NCBI GenBank assembly: GCA_051117555.1
Contig: JBNPEG010000084.1
Coordinates: 26,933-90,932 of the forward strand
Direction: 5' to 3'
DNA: 64,000 nucleotides
Origin: Elainellaceae cyanobacterium
Lineage (GTDB): Bacteria > Cyanobacteriota > Cyanobacteriia > CAZCXK01
Shown here: in pieces, positions 21,201 through 31,500 of the stretch
How positions within the stretch are numbered: position 1 is the first letter of the stretch
Layout of the letters: each line of letters starts with the position of its first letter
Translations under genes and position numbers: made by a program
The notes under the pieces: model-generated
Databases searched by the model: none
What the model was told of the DNA's origin: nothing
Seen by the model: only the letters and a program-made list of their open reading frames with translations

Positions 21201-22055
21201 CAAGGGGGGAACCGGAGTCTGTTGGCGCAGGCTGAAGGACAAAGTCCCCCTTATCAAGAGGGAAACCGGAACCAAAGTCCCCCTTATCAAGGGGGATTTA
21301 GGGGGATAGAACCTCTCACTGCCTCAGACACTCGCCGCTCCTCCGACCTCACCGACCTCCAATTCGGCCCCCTCCCCGGCACCGAACGCGAGGCCCAAGC
21401 GATCGTCCCTCTCCTCCCCGACGCCACCCTCCTCACCGAGACCCAGGCCACCGAAAACCTCCTCAAACAGCTCGACGCCCCATCCATTCTCCACATCGCC
21501 ACCCACGGCTTCTTCCTCCAGGACGTGCATTTCCTGCTGCCCCTCCTCGAAGGCGATCGCGGCATCGCCCTCGACTACTTCGACAACCCCAACGCCCAGC
21601 GCACAGACCGCCCCGTCAACAACGAAAACCCCCTGCTGCGCTCCGGCCTCGCCCTGGCAGGCTTCAACCCCCGCCAAAGCGGCGACGAAGACGGGGTGCT
21701 CACTGCCCTAGAAGCCTCTAGGTTGAACCTCTACGGTACTGAACTGGTAGTACTCTCCGCCTGTGAGACGGGCGTTGGTTCTGTAGCGAATGGGGAAGGC
21801 GTCTACGGCCTACGTCGTGCCTTTGTTATCGCCGGAGCCGACAGCTTGCTGATGAGCCTGTGGAAAGTCAGCGACCAGGGTACTGCCGACCTAATGACTC
21901 GCTACTACCAGCGTTTACTGGATGGCGAAGGGCGTAGTGACGCCTTGCGAGCGACCCAGCTTGAGATGCTGCAAACCCCCGGCTATGAACATCCTTTCTA
22001 TTGGGCCTCGTTCATCTTTTCGGGAGACTGGCGATCGCTGGAGGACCGGGAGTGA
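18207..22055 (+). CDS. signal peptide + PPC domain + 42-aa kinesin-light-chain-type TPR array + CHAT protease
   Basis: FDTYLLF/DDDGAGGTNSRI PPC motif; SLNNLAELY repeats; HIATHG and LSACETG. Confidence 0.93.
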   Translation: MTIAPSNSRFRPLQNPKSKIQNRTLFAVLITAGLLMGVAEPVIGQMRLAQAEESSEVGAIAPFTIEGTLDENSDVLEDDGSYYNVHTFEGQAGQTVAIELVSDDFDTYLLFQSPDGTLLSQDDDGAGGTNSRILLSLPTTGTYTILANTYAAGETGRYTLSLQPASSQEVTAAEQLAEAEQLGQQVTQLYQQGRYADAIPLAQRVLEILETALDENHPLVATSLNNLAELYRAQGNYAAAEPLYQRSLSIVETALGDTHPYFALSLNNLASVYRAQGNYAAAEPLYRRSLSIYETALDNTHPNVALSLNNLALLYQEQGNYAAAEPLYQRSLSILETALGENHPDFALSLNNLAELYRAQGNYAAAEPLYQRSLSIFETVLGDTHPNVALSLNNLAELYRTQGNYAAAEPLYQRSLSIRETALGENHPDVANSLNNLAGLYRAQGNYAAAEPLLRRSLSIVETALGDTHPYFALSLNNLAELYRAQGNYAAAEPLYRRSLSIYETALDNTHPNVALSLNNLALLYQEQGNYAAAEPLYQRSLSILETALGENHPDFALSLNNLAELYRAQGNYAAAEPLYQRSLAISETALGETHPDVALSLNNLALLYQAQGNYAAAEPLYQRSLAISETALGETHPLVATSLNNLAVLYRNQNDLPQAIEFLRSGLTVEETNLASTLAIGSEARKRAYVRTIAGTTDAAISLHQQAAATDPDAARLALTTAFRRKGRILDAVTDSFQRLRQNLSPDEQSLLDDYTAIQTQLATLLYSGLGDQDPDAYRAQVDTLRQESERLENELARRSAEFRVEAAPIEIETVQALIPEGAVLVELVRYRPVDPQASQSERFGDPRYAAYTLDASGTIQSVDLGDAATIDQAVDDFLIALQNPARLQRTRQTARQLDQLVMQPIRQLIGDTPHLLLSPDGQLNLIPFAALVDETDQYLVETYQITYLTSGRDLLKLQLDAPSRQAPVIVANPDFDAADGQASLAAAGVIPPSPPLQGGNRSLLAQAEGQSPPYQEGNRNQSPPYQGGFRGIEPLTASDTRRSSDLTDLQFGPLPGTEREAQAIVPLLPDATLLTETQATENLLKQLDAPSILHIATHGFFLQDVHFLLPLLEGDRGIALDYFDNPNAQRTDRPVNNENPLLRSGLALAGFNPRQSGDEDGVLTALEASRLNLYGTELVVLSACETGVGSVANGEGVYGLRRAFVIAGADSLLMSLWKVSDQGTADLMTRYYQRLLDGEGRSDALRATQLEMLQTPGYEHPFYWASFIFSGDWRSLEDRE
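21180..21307. repeat. CCCCCTT..AAGGGGG dispersed repeat cluster inserted in frame in a CHAT domain
   Basis: ATCCCCCCTAGCCCCCCTTTACAAGGGGGG ... CCCCCTTATCAAGGGGGATTTAGGGGGAT; a related unit lies at 61751-61818. Confidence 0.75.
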
Positions 22056-22132
22056 AAGAGGATTGTGTAGCTTAACCTGGTAAATAAACCCTGTGTCGTT
22101 CTTTCCACTGATATCTTTCTTACTTGTGAAGT

Positions 22133-22474
22133 ATGACAACATCTCATCTGCCAACCCTCTTGCAATCTCGATTAGCGACCACCCCAGAGCAGGTGAAAGC
22201 CTTTTGCCAGCGGTGGTGTATTTCAGAATTTGCTCTTTTTGGATCTGTTTTGCGACCGGACTTTCAACCTGAAAGTGACGTGGATGTTTTGGTAAGTTTT
22301 AATGAGTCGGGAGACAACCGTTGGAGCATCTTCGATCTAATTCGGATGCAGCAAGAACTAGAATCCCTTTTTCAACGAGAGGTCGATTTAGTAGAAAAAG
22401 CGGGTCTGCAAAATCCATATCGTCGGGCTGAAATCTTGGATACCTGTCGGGTTATCTTTAGCGACAAATGGTAA
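22133..22474 (+). CDS. minimal nucleotidyltransferase (MNT) antitoxin
   Basis: LFGSVLR..F..SDVDVLV and REVDLV motifs. Confidence 0.9.
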   Translation: MTTSHLPTLLQSRLATTPEQVKAFCQRWCISEFALFGSVLRPDFQPESDVDVLVSFNESGDNRWSIFDLIRMQQELESLFQREVDLVEKAGLQNPYRRAEILDTCRVIFSDKW

Positions 22475-22836
22475 GTAACAAACGTGATGCTGCTTCTCTC
22501 TGGGATATGGTGCAGGCTATCCGGGATCTGCAAGCCTTTACGGCGGGTCTTTCCTATGAGAACTATATCAGTAACCTGATGGTGCAGCGGGCCGTAGAGC
22601 GGCAACTAGAAATTCTAGGAGAGGCTGCCCGACGGGTTTCCCAGGATTTCTGCCAATCCCATCCGGAGATAGATTGGACGGGCATCATTGGCCTTCGGAA
22701 CGTATTAGCCCATCGCTATGATCAGATTCGCTGCGATCGCATCTGGGCTATTCTTGACGAGGAACTCCCTCTGTTGCTGACTCGGCTAGAACAATTGCTA
22801 CCGCCTTTACCAGACAATTCAAGCTTTGAAGAATGA
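22468..22836 (+). CDS. HEPN/DUF86 (HepT-like) ribonuclease toxin
   Basis: RNVLAHRY (Rx4HxY) and ERQLEILGEA; overlaps the MNT gene. Confidence 0.9.
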   Translation: MVSNKRDAASLWDMVQAIRDLQAFTAGLSYENYISNLMVQRAVERQLEILGEAARRVSQDFCQSHPEIDWTGIIGLRNVLAHRYDQIRCDRIWAILDEELPLLLTRLEQLLPPLPDNSSFEE

Positions 22837-22874
22837 GGTTATGTCAAAAAGGCAATCGCTGGAGGACCTGTGAA

Positions 22875-23030
22875 ATGCTGACAATTCGCTTGCTAACAGC
22901 CTTTGTCCCTCTGCTCATGATTCCTACTGTTATTCCTGGTTCCCAGCCACTGCTAGCTGAGCCAGTGATGGCTCAAGTAGCCTCAATCGAAGAACGAAAG
23001 GTGGAGGGCGATCGCCGAAACTCTAAATAG
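22875..23030 (+). pseudogene. N-terminal remnant of a TPR-CHAT-type gene ending just after HIP1
   Basis: Signal peptide plus AQVASIEERKVEGDR, which resembles the TPR-CHAT N-cap, then a stop after GCGATCGC at 23008-23015. Confidence 0.55.
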
Positions 23031-23059
23031 CCTTTGTGAACTAGAGGAGTGACGAAAAG

Positions 23060-26000
23060 ATGTCTGATATTAAAACTCGCATTGCCACATTCAAGAGGGT
23101 TATCTCTATGAACAGACTGATGCGTAGATGCTTTGCAATTTCAAGCTGTGTGCTCATCTTTTCTGGTGTAACTCCAGCTTGGTATTTATTGAGTTCTAGC
23201 CAAGCTATTGCACAAGAGTTATCTAATACGGAGAGAAGTGAAGAGGGCGATCGCTTTTTTGAGCGAGGTTTGCAAGAATTTGAGGCTGGTCAATTTTCAA
23301 ATGCAATGGAGTCTCTTGAGCAAGCACTTGCAATCTATCGAGAAATTGGCGATCGTTCTGTGAAAGCAGAAACACTTGATGCTATGGGAGAGATTTATCG
23401 TCAAGTAGGTCAGTATTTTCAAGCGTTAGCATTTCATGAGCAAGCCTTGGAAATCTTCGAAGATTTAGACAATTCTCTTGGACAAGCATCTGCGCTAAGT
23501 AACATCGGGCTTGCACAGTTTAGAGTTAATCAATTTAATGACGCTTTAGAATCCCTAAGGCTAGCTCTAGAAATTCACAGGGAACTTGGAAATTTTTATC
23601 AAGAAGCTGAAACTCTCACGAATATAGGTGTTATACAACGACAATTGAGCCAATACACGCAGGCATTAGAAGCACATGAGCAAGCACTACAGATCTTTAG
23701 GGAAAACAATAATTCACTTGAACAAGCATATTCACTGAACAATATTGGGCTTGTACAGCAGCATATAGGAAATTATGCGATCGCCTTAACATATTTTGAA
23801 CAGTCTTTAGAAATTTTTAGCGAAGTTGATAGTATCGAAGGTCAACAAACTACGCTAAGCAACATCGGAGTTGTTTATCAAAGTTTAGGACAATATACAG
23901 AAGCTCTTTCGTTCCTACAACGGAGTCAAGCTTTTGCTCAGATGTCTGACCCATTCTCTAGTAGGAGTGTGCTTCTAAATATGGGTAGTATATATAGAAG
24001 TATGGGTCAATGTCCTCAGGCATTAGAAGCCTATCAACAGGCACTAACAATTACTACAGAAATAGGCGATCGATCTTCAGAGGGTCGCATATTATCAAAT
24101 ATTGGTGCAATCTATGATTGTTTAGGCGATTATTCAAATGCATTAGATTCGTATGAACAAGCCTTAGCTATTAGCAGCGAAACAGGTGACCGTGTTAGTG
24201 AAGGAGTCATTGCTAATAATATTGGCACTATTTATCTTAATCTCAAAGATTTCTCCATAGCACTAAATTATTTCCGTCAGTCTTTGTCAACTGCAAAAGG
24301 GATTGGAGATCAATATGGTGAAGCTATCATACTCAACAACATTGGAGATGCCTATCTCGGATTAAATGAATATAGTCGAGCACTGAACTATCATAGCCAA
24401 GCATTATCTATTCGAAATCGAATAGGAGATCGATACGGAATCGCGCAGACACTTTACAGCATTGGCTTAAGTTTAGAAGCACAAGAAAATACAGAGCTTG
24501 CAATCATATTTCTTAAACGCTCAGTAAACACCTGGGAATCGATCAGAAAAGACTTAACCTCTTTATCAGTAGAGCAGCAGAAATCTTTTACCGATAGCGT
24601 CGCGGGTGCCTATCGCCGCCTTGCCGATATTCTTCTAGCGACAAATAGAATTTTAGAGGCACAGCAAGTTCTAGATTTGCTTAAAGTTCAAGAGCTTGAT
24701 GACTATCTGCGAGGCGTTCGCGGAAATGCGGTAACTGCTAGCGGCATTGAGTTTTGGCAACCTGAACAAGAAATCTTAGAACGCTTCAACGCTCAACAAC
24801 AGCAAGCCATAGAACTAGGCCAAGAACTCACCGAACTGCGGCAAATCCCAGAAGACGATCGCACACCTACCCAACAACAACGCATCGACGAACTCGTGCG
24901 CATAGAAGAAGACCTCAATCGTCAGTTCAACGACTTCATCGACAGCGACGAAATTCTCGATCTCGTCAGCCAGCTCAACGTCACTACCCAACGACAAACT
25001 CTCAATCTTGAAGATGTCGCCCGCTTGCGAGACGACCTGCGTCAACTCAATGCCGTCCTACTCTATCCCCTCATCCTCGACGATCGCCTCGAACTCGTCA
25101 TCACGACACCCGACTCTCCTCCCCTACGTCGTACCGTCGAAGTCAGCCGTGAAGAGTTCAACCAAACCATCCTCGACTTCCGACAAGCTCTCGAAGATCC
25201 CCGCAGTGATGCGATCGCCCCAGCTCACCAACTCTACCAGTGGCTCATCGAACCCCTGGAAGCCGACCTCGCCAGTGCCGACATCGACACCATCCTCTAC
25301 GCCCCCGATGGCCAGTTGCGCTACATCCCCCTGGCCGCCCTGCACGATGGCGATCGCTACCTCGTCGAGCGCTACGCCATCAACAACATCACTGCGCGAT
25401 CGCTCACCGACCTGGATGCTCAACCCGACGCCACTCCCCGCGTCCTGGCCGGAGCCTTCGCTGACCAAATCCTCAGCTATCCGGTGCAGGTGGGCCAGCG
25501 CAGCGTGGACTTTCGCGGCTTACCCTTTGCCGGTATCGAAGTCGAAACCCTGGTGGCCACCCTGCCCAACGCTACCTCCTTCCTCGACCAGAACTTCAGC
25601 CTGGAAGCGGTGCGATCGCGCCTCAACGAATACGACATCCTCCACTTTGCCACCCACGCGGCCTTTGTCCCCGGTATTCCCGAAGACTCCTTCATCCTGT
25701 TCGGCAATGGCGATCGCCCCACCCTTGCAGATATTCGTGACTGGTCCTTGCAAAACGTAGATTTAGTGGTGCTAAGCGCGTGTGAAACAGGGTTAGGGGG
25801 GTTCGGCAATGGGGAAGAGATTTTAGGATTGGGCTACCAGTTTCAGCGGGCAGGGGCACGAGCGGCGATCGCTTCTCTTTGGCCAGTCAACGACGGCGGC
25901 ACTCAGGTGCTGATGGATGCGTTCTATGCGGCTCTGCGAAACGGCTATTCTAAAGCAGAAGCACTGCAACGAGCACAGATTGCTCTGATTACTCGTGATG

Positions 26001-26143
26001 AAACCGTGCTGGAACTAGAGGGCGATCGCGGCATCGAAGTAGAAATCATGGACACTCATACTGGGCAGCCCCTCTCCCAAAGCAGCAGCCTGACCCATCC
26101 CTACTACTGGGCACCGTTTATTCTCATTGGCAATGGGTTGTAA
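23060..26143 (+). CDS. signal peptide + TPR array + CHAT protease
   Basis: Divergent AT-rich TPRs; HFATHA and LSACETG; the start may be 23108. Confidence 0.93.
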   Translation: MSDIKTRIATFKRVISMNRLMRRCFAISSCVLIFSGVTPAWYLLSSSQAIAQELSNTERSEEGDRFFERGLQEFEAGQFSNAMESLEQALAIYREIGDRSVKAETLDAMGEIYRQVGQYFQALAFHEQALEIFEDLDNSLGQASALSNIGLAQFRVNQFNDALESLRLALEIHRELGNFYQEAETLTNIGVIQRQLSQYTQALEAHEQALQIFRENNNSLEQAYSLNNIGLVQQHIGNYAIALTYFEQSLEIFSEVDSIEGQQTTLSNIGVVYQSLGQYTEALSFLQRSQAFAQMSDPFSSRSVLLNMGSIYRSMGQCPQALEAYQQALTITTEIGDRSSEGRILSNIGAIYDCLGDYSNALDSYEQALAISSETGDRVSEGVIANNIGTIYLNLKDFSIALNYFRQSLSTAKGIGDQYGEAIILNNIGDAYLGLNEYSRALNYHSQALSIRNRIGDRYGIAQTLYSIGLSLEAQENTELAIIFLKRSVNTWESIRKDLTSLSVEQQKSFTDSVAGAYRRLADILLATNRILEAQQVLDLLKVQELDDYLRGVRGNAVTASGIEFWQPEQEILERFNAQQQQAIELGQELTELRQIPEDDRTPTQQQRIDELVRIEEDLNRQFNDFIDSDEILDLVSQLNVTTQRQTLNLEDVARLRDDLRQLNAVLLYPLILDDRLELVITTPDSPPLRRTVEVSREEFNQTILDFRQALEDPRSDAIAPAHQLYQWLIEPLEADLASADIDTILYAPDGQLRYIPLAALHDGDRYLVERYAINNITARSLTDLDAQPDATPRVLAGAFADQILSYPVQVGQRSVDFRGLPFAGIEVETLVATLPNATSFLDQNFSLEAVRSRLNEYDILHFATHAAFVPGIPEDSFILFGNGDRPTLADIRDWSLQNVDLVVLSACETGLGGFGNGEEILGLGYQFQRAGARAAIASLWPVNDGGTQVLMDAFYAALRNGYSKAEALQRAQIALITRDETVLELEGDRGIEVEIMDTHTGQPLSQSSSLTHPYYWAPFILIGNGL

Positions 26144-26509
26144 AGGTCAGAAGAAATCTGACACTAGCAATCACTAACCTAAATTAGAAGTAAGTGGCGA
26201 TCGCCCTTTCTAGCTTCAACGTGTAGAAAGAGCGATCGCTAACATTGCAGTTTTCTACACCATTGATGACCGAATACTGCTATATGCCCTTCTAGTGTTA
26301 GCAGTAGATCTGGCATGAAATACTCATGATCTGATTCGTTGCTTTCTCTATTATTTGGACTATGGTCTTACGCTCTCGCGTTAGGACGCTGAACGTCTAT
26401 TGAACCCGCGCGGGGTCTACACACAAACCTAAGCCCATAGATCTATGTCAGCACTCATGGGGATAAACACTGTATTGAGAGCGACTGCACACAATTGTTA
26501 TGAAGTAAA

Positions 26510-26537
26510 TTCCATATCTGCTTCATGCCTAGAGATA
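26510..26537 (+). promoter_or_regulatory. TTCCATA-N14-AGAGATA motif
   Basis: Exact match, 43 nt before ATG 26580. Confidence 0.75.
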
Positions 26538-26579
26538 AGTCTGGATAGAAGTTCCAATTACTCATAAGGAAAGACCACC

Positions 26580-27116
26580 ATGCAACGTTTTTTAAGTCTT
26601 ACTGCCCTAGCTGCAACCGTTGTCTTTGCTATCTCTTTGAAGCTTCCTTTGACACATGTTTCCTTGGCTCAAGTATCACCCGAACAAGCCACACCCGAAC
26701 AATCCCCTGATCCTCGTATTGGAGAGGCATTGGAAGCATTGAATTTAAGCTACGAAATAGAAGACGATGGCGCCTATCGAGTCGGCCTTCAATTCAATGA
26801 TGGTCGAACTCAAACCGCTTGGATTAGCTCTCGCACTAACGTCATCGGCCCGTTTGAGATTCGGAAAATTATATCTCCAGCATATCGGTCAGACGAGGAA
26901 CTTTCATCCGAAGTTGCCAATATGCTGCTTCAAGATACTGCTCGTAAGAAGTTAGGGGCATGGCAAACATTCAGCAGAGAACAGACTCACGTTGCCGTAT
27001 TTACTGCCCAGATCAATGCAGATAGCAGCGCAGAAGAATTGGGAGTCGCGCTCTCCGTGGTTTTGCAATCTGCTGACCAAATGGAAGAAGAATTGACCAA
27101 TGGCGATCGCTTTTAA
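26580..27116 (+). CDS. exported YbjN/T3SS-chaperone-fold-like protein
   Basis: Signal peptide; YEIEDDGAYRV..GRTQ; KKLGAW; ADQMEEELT.GDRF end. Confidence 0.55.
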   Translation: MQRFLSLTALAATVVFAISLKLPLTHVSLAQVSPEQATPEQSPDPRIGEALEALNLSYEIEDDGAYRVGLQFNDGRTQTAWISSRTNVIGPFEIRKIISPAYRSDEELSSEVANMLLQDTARKKLGAWQTFSREQTHVAVFTAQINADSSAEELGVALSVVLQSADQMEEELTNGDRF

Positions 27117-27199
27117 TCTGGAGAGAATATAATTTCAGTGCGGTTATCGCTGTGCTGACCCCTAGGTGCCGACATGCTAAATCGCTAAATCTGGAAATT

Positions 27200-27227
27200 T
27201 TCCATATCTGTGTATCTACCAGAGATA
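27200..27227 (+). promoter_or_regulatory. TTCCATA-N14-AGAGATA motif
   Basis: Exact match, 41 nt before ATG 27268. Confidence 0.75.
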
Positions 27228-27267
27228 AGCATAATTGACACAAGATCAGGATGAGAGAGGTTGAGCA

Positions 27268-28020
27268 ATGCTACTCCCGATGTTTGCTTTTAAGACAGAT
27301 TCGACTACGTTATTGACTGTTAGCCTCAATTCGACGTCTGCTCAAACTGGAGAATATTTCAGTAGACTTGGGGCTGCCTATCGTCAGGCTGGAAAATTTT
27401 CAGAGGCAATTCAACACTATGAACGTGCATTAAAATTTTTCAGTGCAACAAACAACAATGTCGGGGTTGGGCGAAGTCTGAACAATTTAGGTGTTTTATA
27501 TGGTCAGCTTGGAGAGCCAGACCGTGAACATCATCTTTGTCAAATCGCAATCGGTATTTTAGAGGATTCTCAAGACCAAGAAGGTCGAGCGATCGCCCTC
27601 TACAACGCGGGAGTCGCATCTTGTAAACTCAATCAGCATCAACAGGCAAGGCTTTACTTTGAGAAAGCTTTGCCTGTCTGGGTCGCAACTGGAATATATG
27701 CAAAAGAGGCAGCAACGCTCGGTCGTTTGGCTAAAATCTATGATTGTCTTGGCAACTCGACCAGTGCGCTATGTTGTTATCAGGAAGCGGCGTTCATCTA
27801 TAAGGAATTGGGCGATCGCTATCGTGAAGCCTTTATACTTCGGGCAATGGCGGATATCTATCGAGACAGTAGTCTGCACTATTCTGCGATTGACTGTTAT
27901 GAGCGATCGATCAGGTTGTTTCAGAAGACGGGACATATATCGGAGGCTGGACAGATCGTAAACCAGTTGGAGAAGGTGCGCCAGACGTTGGGAGATGCAT
28001 GTATTGAATTTTCTCATTGA
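27268..28020 (+). CDS. TPR-only protein
   Basis: About five 40-aa TPRs and no CHAT domain. Confidence 0.8.
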   Translation: MLLPMFAFKTDSTTLLTVSLNSTSAQTGEYFSRLGAAYRQAGKFSEAIQHYERALKFFSATNNNVGVGRSLNNLGVLYGQLGEPDREHHLCQIAIGILEDSQDQEGRAIALYNAGVASCKLNQHQQARLYFEKALPVWVATGIYAKEAATLGRLAKIYDCLGNSTSALCCYQEAAFIYKELGDRYREAFILRAMADIYRDSSLHYSAIDCYERSIRLFQKTGHISEAGQIVNQLEKVRQTLGDACIEFSH

Positions 28021-28166
28021 ATCGGCTGGCGATCGCCCTTAAAACAGCGTTCTATGTCTCGTTTGATGGGCGATCGCCACCCAACAATCAACATCCACCG
28101 TAGGGGCAAATCGTGATTTGCCCAGTGCAACAGGTGAGTGTTTCTCTACAATCAAGGGCTCGACAC

Positions 28167-28400
28167 AGAAGCCGGGGATCTAAATCGTCACATAAACCTC
28201 TGATGAGCAATCCCTAAAGTTTTCTTCAAATTCCATACTGTCTTCTTACTCATGGAGATATATTGATGTCGGTCATCATCCCCTCGGAGAATTTATGCGT
28301 CCCCATCGCTTTCTCAGCTCGGTGATATCTACGGTTCTGCTGGCGCTTATTATTCCACCATCTTCTCACGATGTTTACGGCATAGCATCGCATTGGCATG
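28167..28400 (+). pseudogene. decayed promoter/signal-peptide cassette of the MRSHR family
   Basis: Right IR arm, TTCCATA at 28231 with the second box mutated (ATGGAGA), GGAGA RBS, MRPHRFLSSVISTVLLALIIP from 28295; no TPR follows. Confidence 0.75.
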
Positions 28401-28440
28401 ACCTTGCCGTAGGCAAACCGTGCTGAATACTCACATCTTT

Positions 28441-28468
28441 TTCCATACCTCTCTTTGGCTCAGAGATA
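28441..28468 (+). promoter_or_regulatory. TTCCATA-N14-AGAGATA motif
   Basis: Exact match, 42 nt before ATG 28510. Confidence 0.75.
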
Positions 28469-28509
28469 GTTATTGATAGCCCATCCATCGTGAATCTGGA
28501 GATTGCTCC

Positions 28510-31500
28510 ATGCGCCCCTGGTCGAATCGCCCTAAAGCTCCGTATTCGAAACTCTTAACTTTTCCTCTCTTGCCGTTCACTGTTTTACTGATTTGCGCTT
28601 CTCCCCTACTCCCCCTCTCCATAACCCTCCCTCCCGCTGCTGCTCAAGAAGCCCCTCCTGAAGATCGCTTAAATGAAGCCGATCGCCTCTTGCAGCAGGG
28701 CATTCAGCAATATCAAGTCAGCCAGTTTCGCGAAGCGTTGCAATCCTGGCAGCAAGCGCTGGAGATTTATCGAGAACCAGGTATTCAAGCGGCGTTTCCC
28801 CAGCGGAGTCGCCAAGGGGAGGGAGTCATCCTGGGCAATTTGGGTGCCGCATACCTGGGTATAGGTAACTACCAACAAGCCATTGACTTTTTTGAGCAAC
28901 GTCTTGCCATTGCTCGCGAAATTGGCGATCGCGCTGGGGAAGGTAGAGCCATAGGCAATTTGGGTGCTGCATACCTCGAGATAGGTAACTATCAGCGAGC
29001 CATTGACTTCTCTGAGCAACATCTTGCCATTGCTCGCGAGATTGGCGATTCTCCAGAAGAGAGGCTTCGCCAACGCGCCGAGGAAGGTGGAGCTATAGGC
29101 AATTTGGGTGCTGCATACCTCGGTATAGGTAACTACCAACAGGCCATTGACTACTCTGAGCAAAGCCTTATCATTGCTCGCGAGATTGGCGATCGCGCTG
29201 GGGAAGGTCATACTCTAGGCAATTTGGGTGTTGCGTACCTCCGTATAGGTAACTACCAACAAGCCATCGACTACTCTGAGCAACATCTTACCATTGCTCG
29301 CGAGATTGGCGATCGCGCCGAGGAAGGTAGAGCCCTAGGCAATCTGGGTGCTGCATACTGGAGTCTGGGTCAATATCAGCGAGCCATTGACTTCCCTGAG
29401 CAACATCTTACCATTGCTCGCGAAATTGGCGATCGCGCTGGGGAAGGTAGAGCCATAGGCAATTTGGGCATTGCTTACTTTAGTCTGGGTGACTATCAGC
29501 AAGGCATTAACTTCTTTGAGCAACGTCTTGCCATTGCTCAAGAAATTGGCGATCGTGCCGGGGAAGGAAAAGCCCTAGGCAATTTGGGCCTTGCTTACTT
29601 TAGTCTGGGTGACTATCAGCAAGGCATTAACTTCTTTGAGCAAAGCCTTGCCATTGCTCGCGAGATTGGCGATCGTGCTGGGGAAGGAACCTCCCTAGGC
29701 AATTTGGGCCTTGCTTACTTTAGTCTGGGTGACTATCAGCAAGGCATTAACTTCTTTGAGCAACGTCTTGCCATTGCTCAAGAAATTGGCGATCGTGCCG
29801 GGGAAGGAAAAGCCCTAGGCAATTTGGGCCTTGCTTACTTTAGTCTGGGTGACTATCAGCAAGGCATTAACTTCTTTGAGCAAAGCCTTGCCATTGCTCA
29901 AGAGATTGGCGATCGCCAAATGGAAGGAACCGCCCTAGGCAATTTAGGCAATGCTTATCGGGACATGGGAGACTATCAGCAAGCCATTGACTTCTCTGAG
30001 CAAAGCCTTGCCATTGCCCGCGAAATTGGCGATCGCGCTGGCGAGAGGATAGATCTCAACAACATAGGTGTCTTGTGGGAAGAGCAAAATCAGCCAGAAT
30101 TAGCCATTGCCTTTCTCAAACAGTCAGTAAATGTGAGCGAGTCAATTCGCGGTCGCATTCGTAGGCTTGATCAAGACCTCCAGCAATCGTATACCGACAC
30201 TGTCGCTGACACCTATCGTCGTCTTGCTAATCTGCTATTAGCCAGAGGAGATATTCTAGAAGCGCAGCAGGTTCTAGAACTGCTGAAAATTCAAGAACTG
30301 CAAGAATATACGCGGGGGCGTGTGACCAATCTTGAAACCCGCGAGTATGAACTAAGCGAAACCGAAAAAGCAGTTGTGGATACCTATGGCAGTCTTGCAG
30401 AACTGGGGCTAGCCGCTGAGCAATGCAAAGATTCTCCCGACTGTAGTGATGCAGAATGGGCAACTCTCAACAATCAGCTTGATGCTCTCGCTATTGAGTA
30501 TGAGGAAGCTGTTGATGCTCTGGAGGCAGAAGTGCAGGCGCGACGTAATCAAGACCGGGAACGTCTGCATCCTGATAAATTTGTTGGTGCTGCCGCCAAC
30601 ATCATAGAAGCACAACCGGGAACTGTCCTGATTTATCCAGTTGTTCTAGACGACAAACTGTGGATATTGTGGGGTTCCGAAGGAGGAGTTGCAAACTCTA
30701 TTGAAGTACCCATCACGATGCAAGAAATCGGTGACGCTGTGTTGCGATTTCGCCGACTTATGACTCAGTGTGAACATGGTCGCTGTAGCGATGTCGCTGA
30801 TATTCAAGCGGTGTCACAAGAACTCTACAACTATCTGTTTCCTCAACAGCTCGAAGATGAACTGCAAGCAATTCGTGAAACGCTCCCAGATGGGCAGGTT
30901 CCTAATCTGGTCTTTGCTCTCGATCGCGTCACGCGCTACATTCCGATGGCAGCCCTGTTTGACGGCGAGCAGTATTTGATCGAGAACTATACGGTGTCGA
31001 CCATTCTCTCGGCTGAACAGACCCAGTTTGATAATCCTTTACCCCAAAATATCGATCGCACGTCTGTCTTAGCACTAGGGCTTTCCAATCCCGTTCCTGA
31101 ACACGGTTTCCCTTATGCCCTGGTGAATGTTCCAACGGAGTTGGATGCTATTGTCCAGCAAACTGCTACAGAATCACTCGGAATCTATTCGGGAGAGCAA
31201 CTTCTCAATGAAGCATTTGACTCATCTGCATTTCGTCAATTGCGAAATGGTCAGCAAGTTCTCCACATTGCCACCCACGGTGTCTTTGCGCCCAATGTGC
31301 ATGACCTGTCCTATCTGATGCTGGGCACAGGTGAACCAATGTACATCAGTGAGCTAGAAAGCGCTAAACGACATTTCACCGATTTGAGTCTGGTAGTTCT
31401 CTCTGCTTGTCAAACAGCACTGGCAGACACGGATCAAAGCGGATTGGAGATTGCTAGCATTGCAAATACTTTTATTGATGCCCAAGTTGATACGGTTGTC

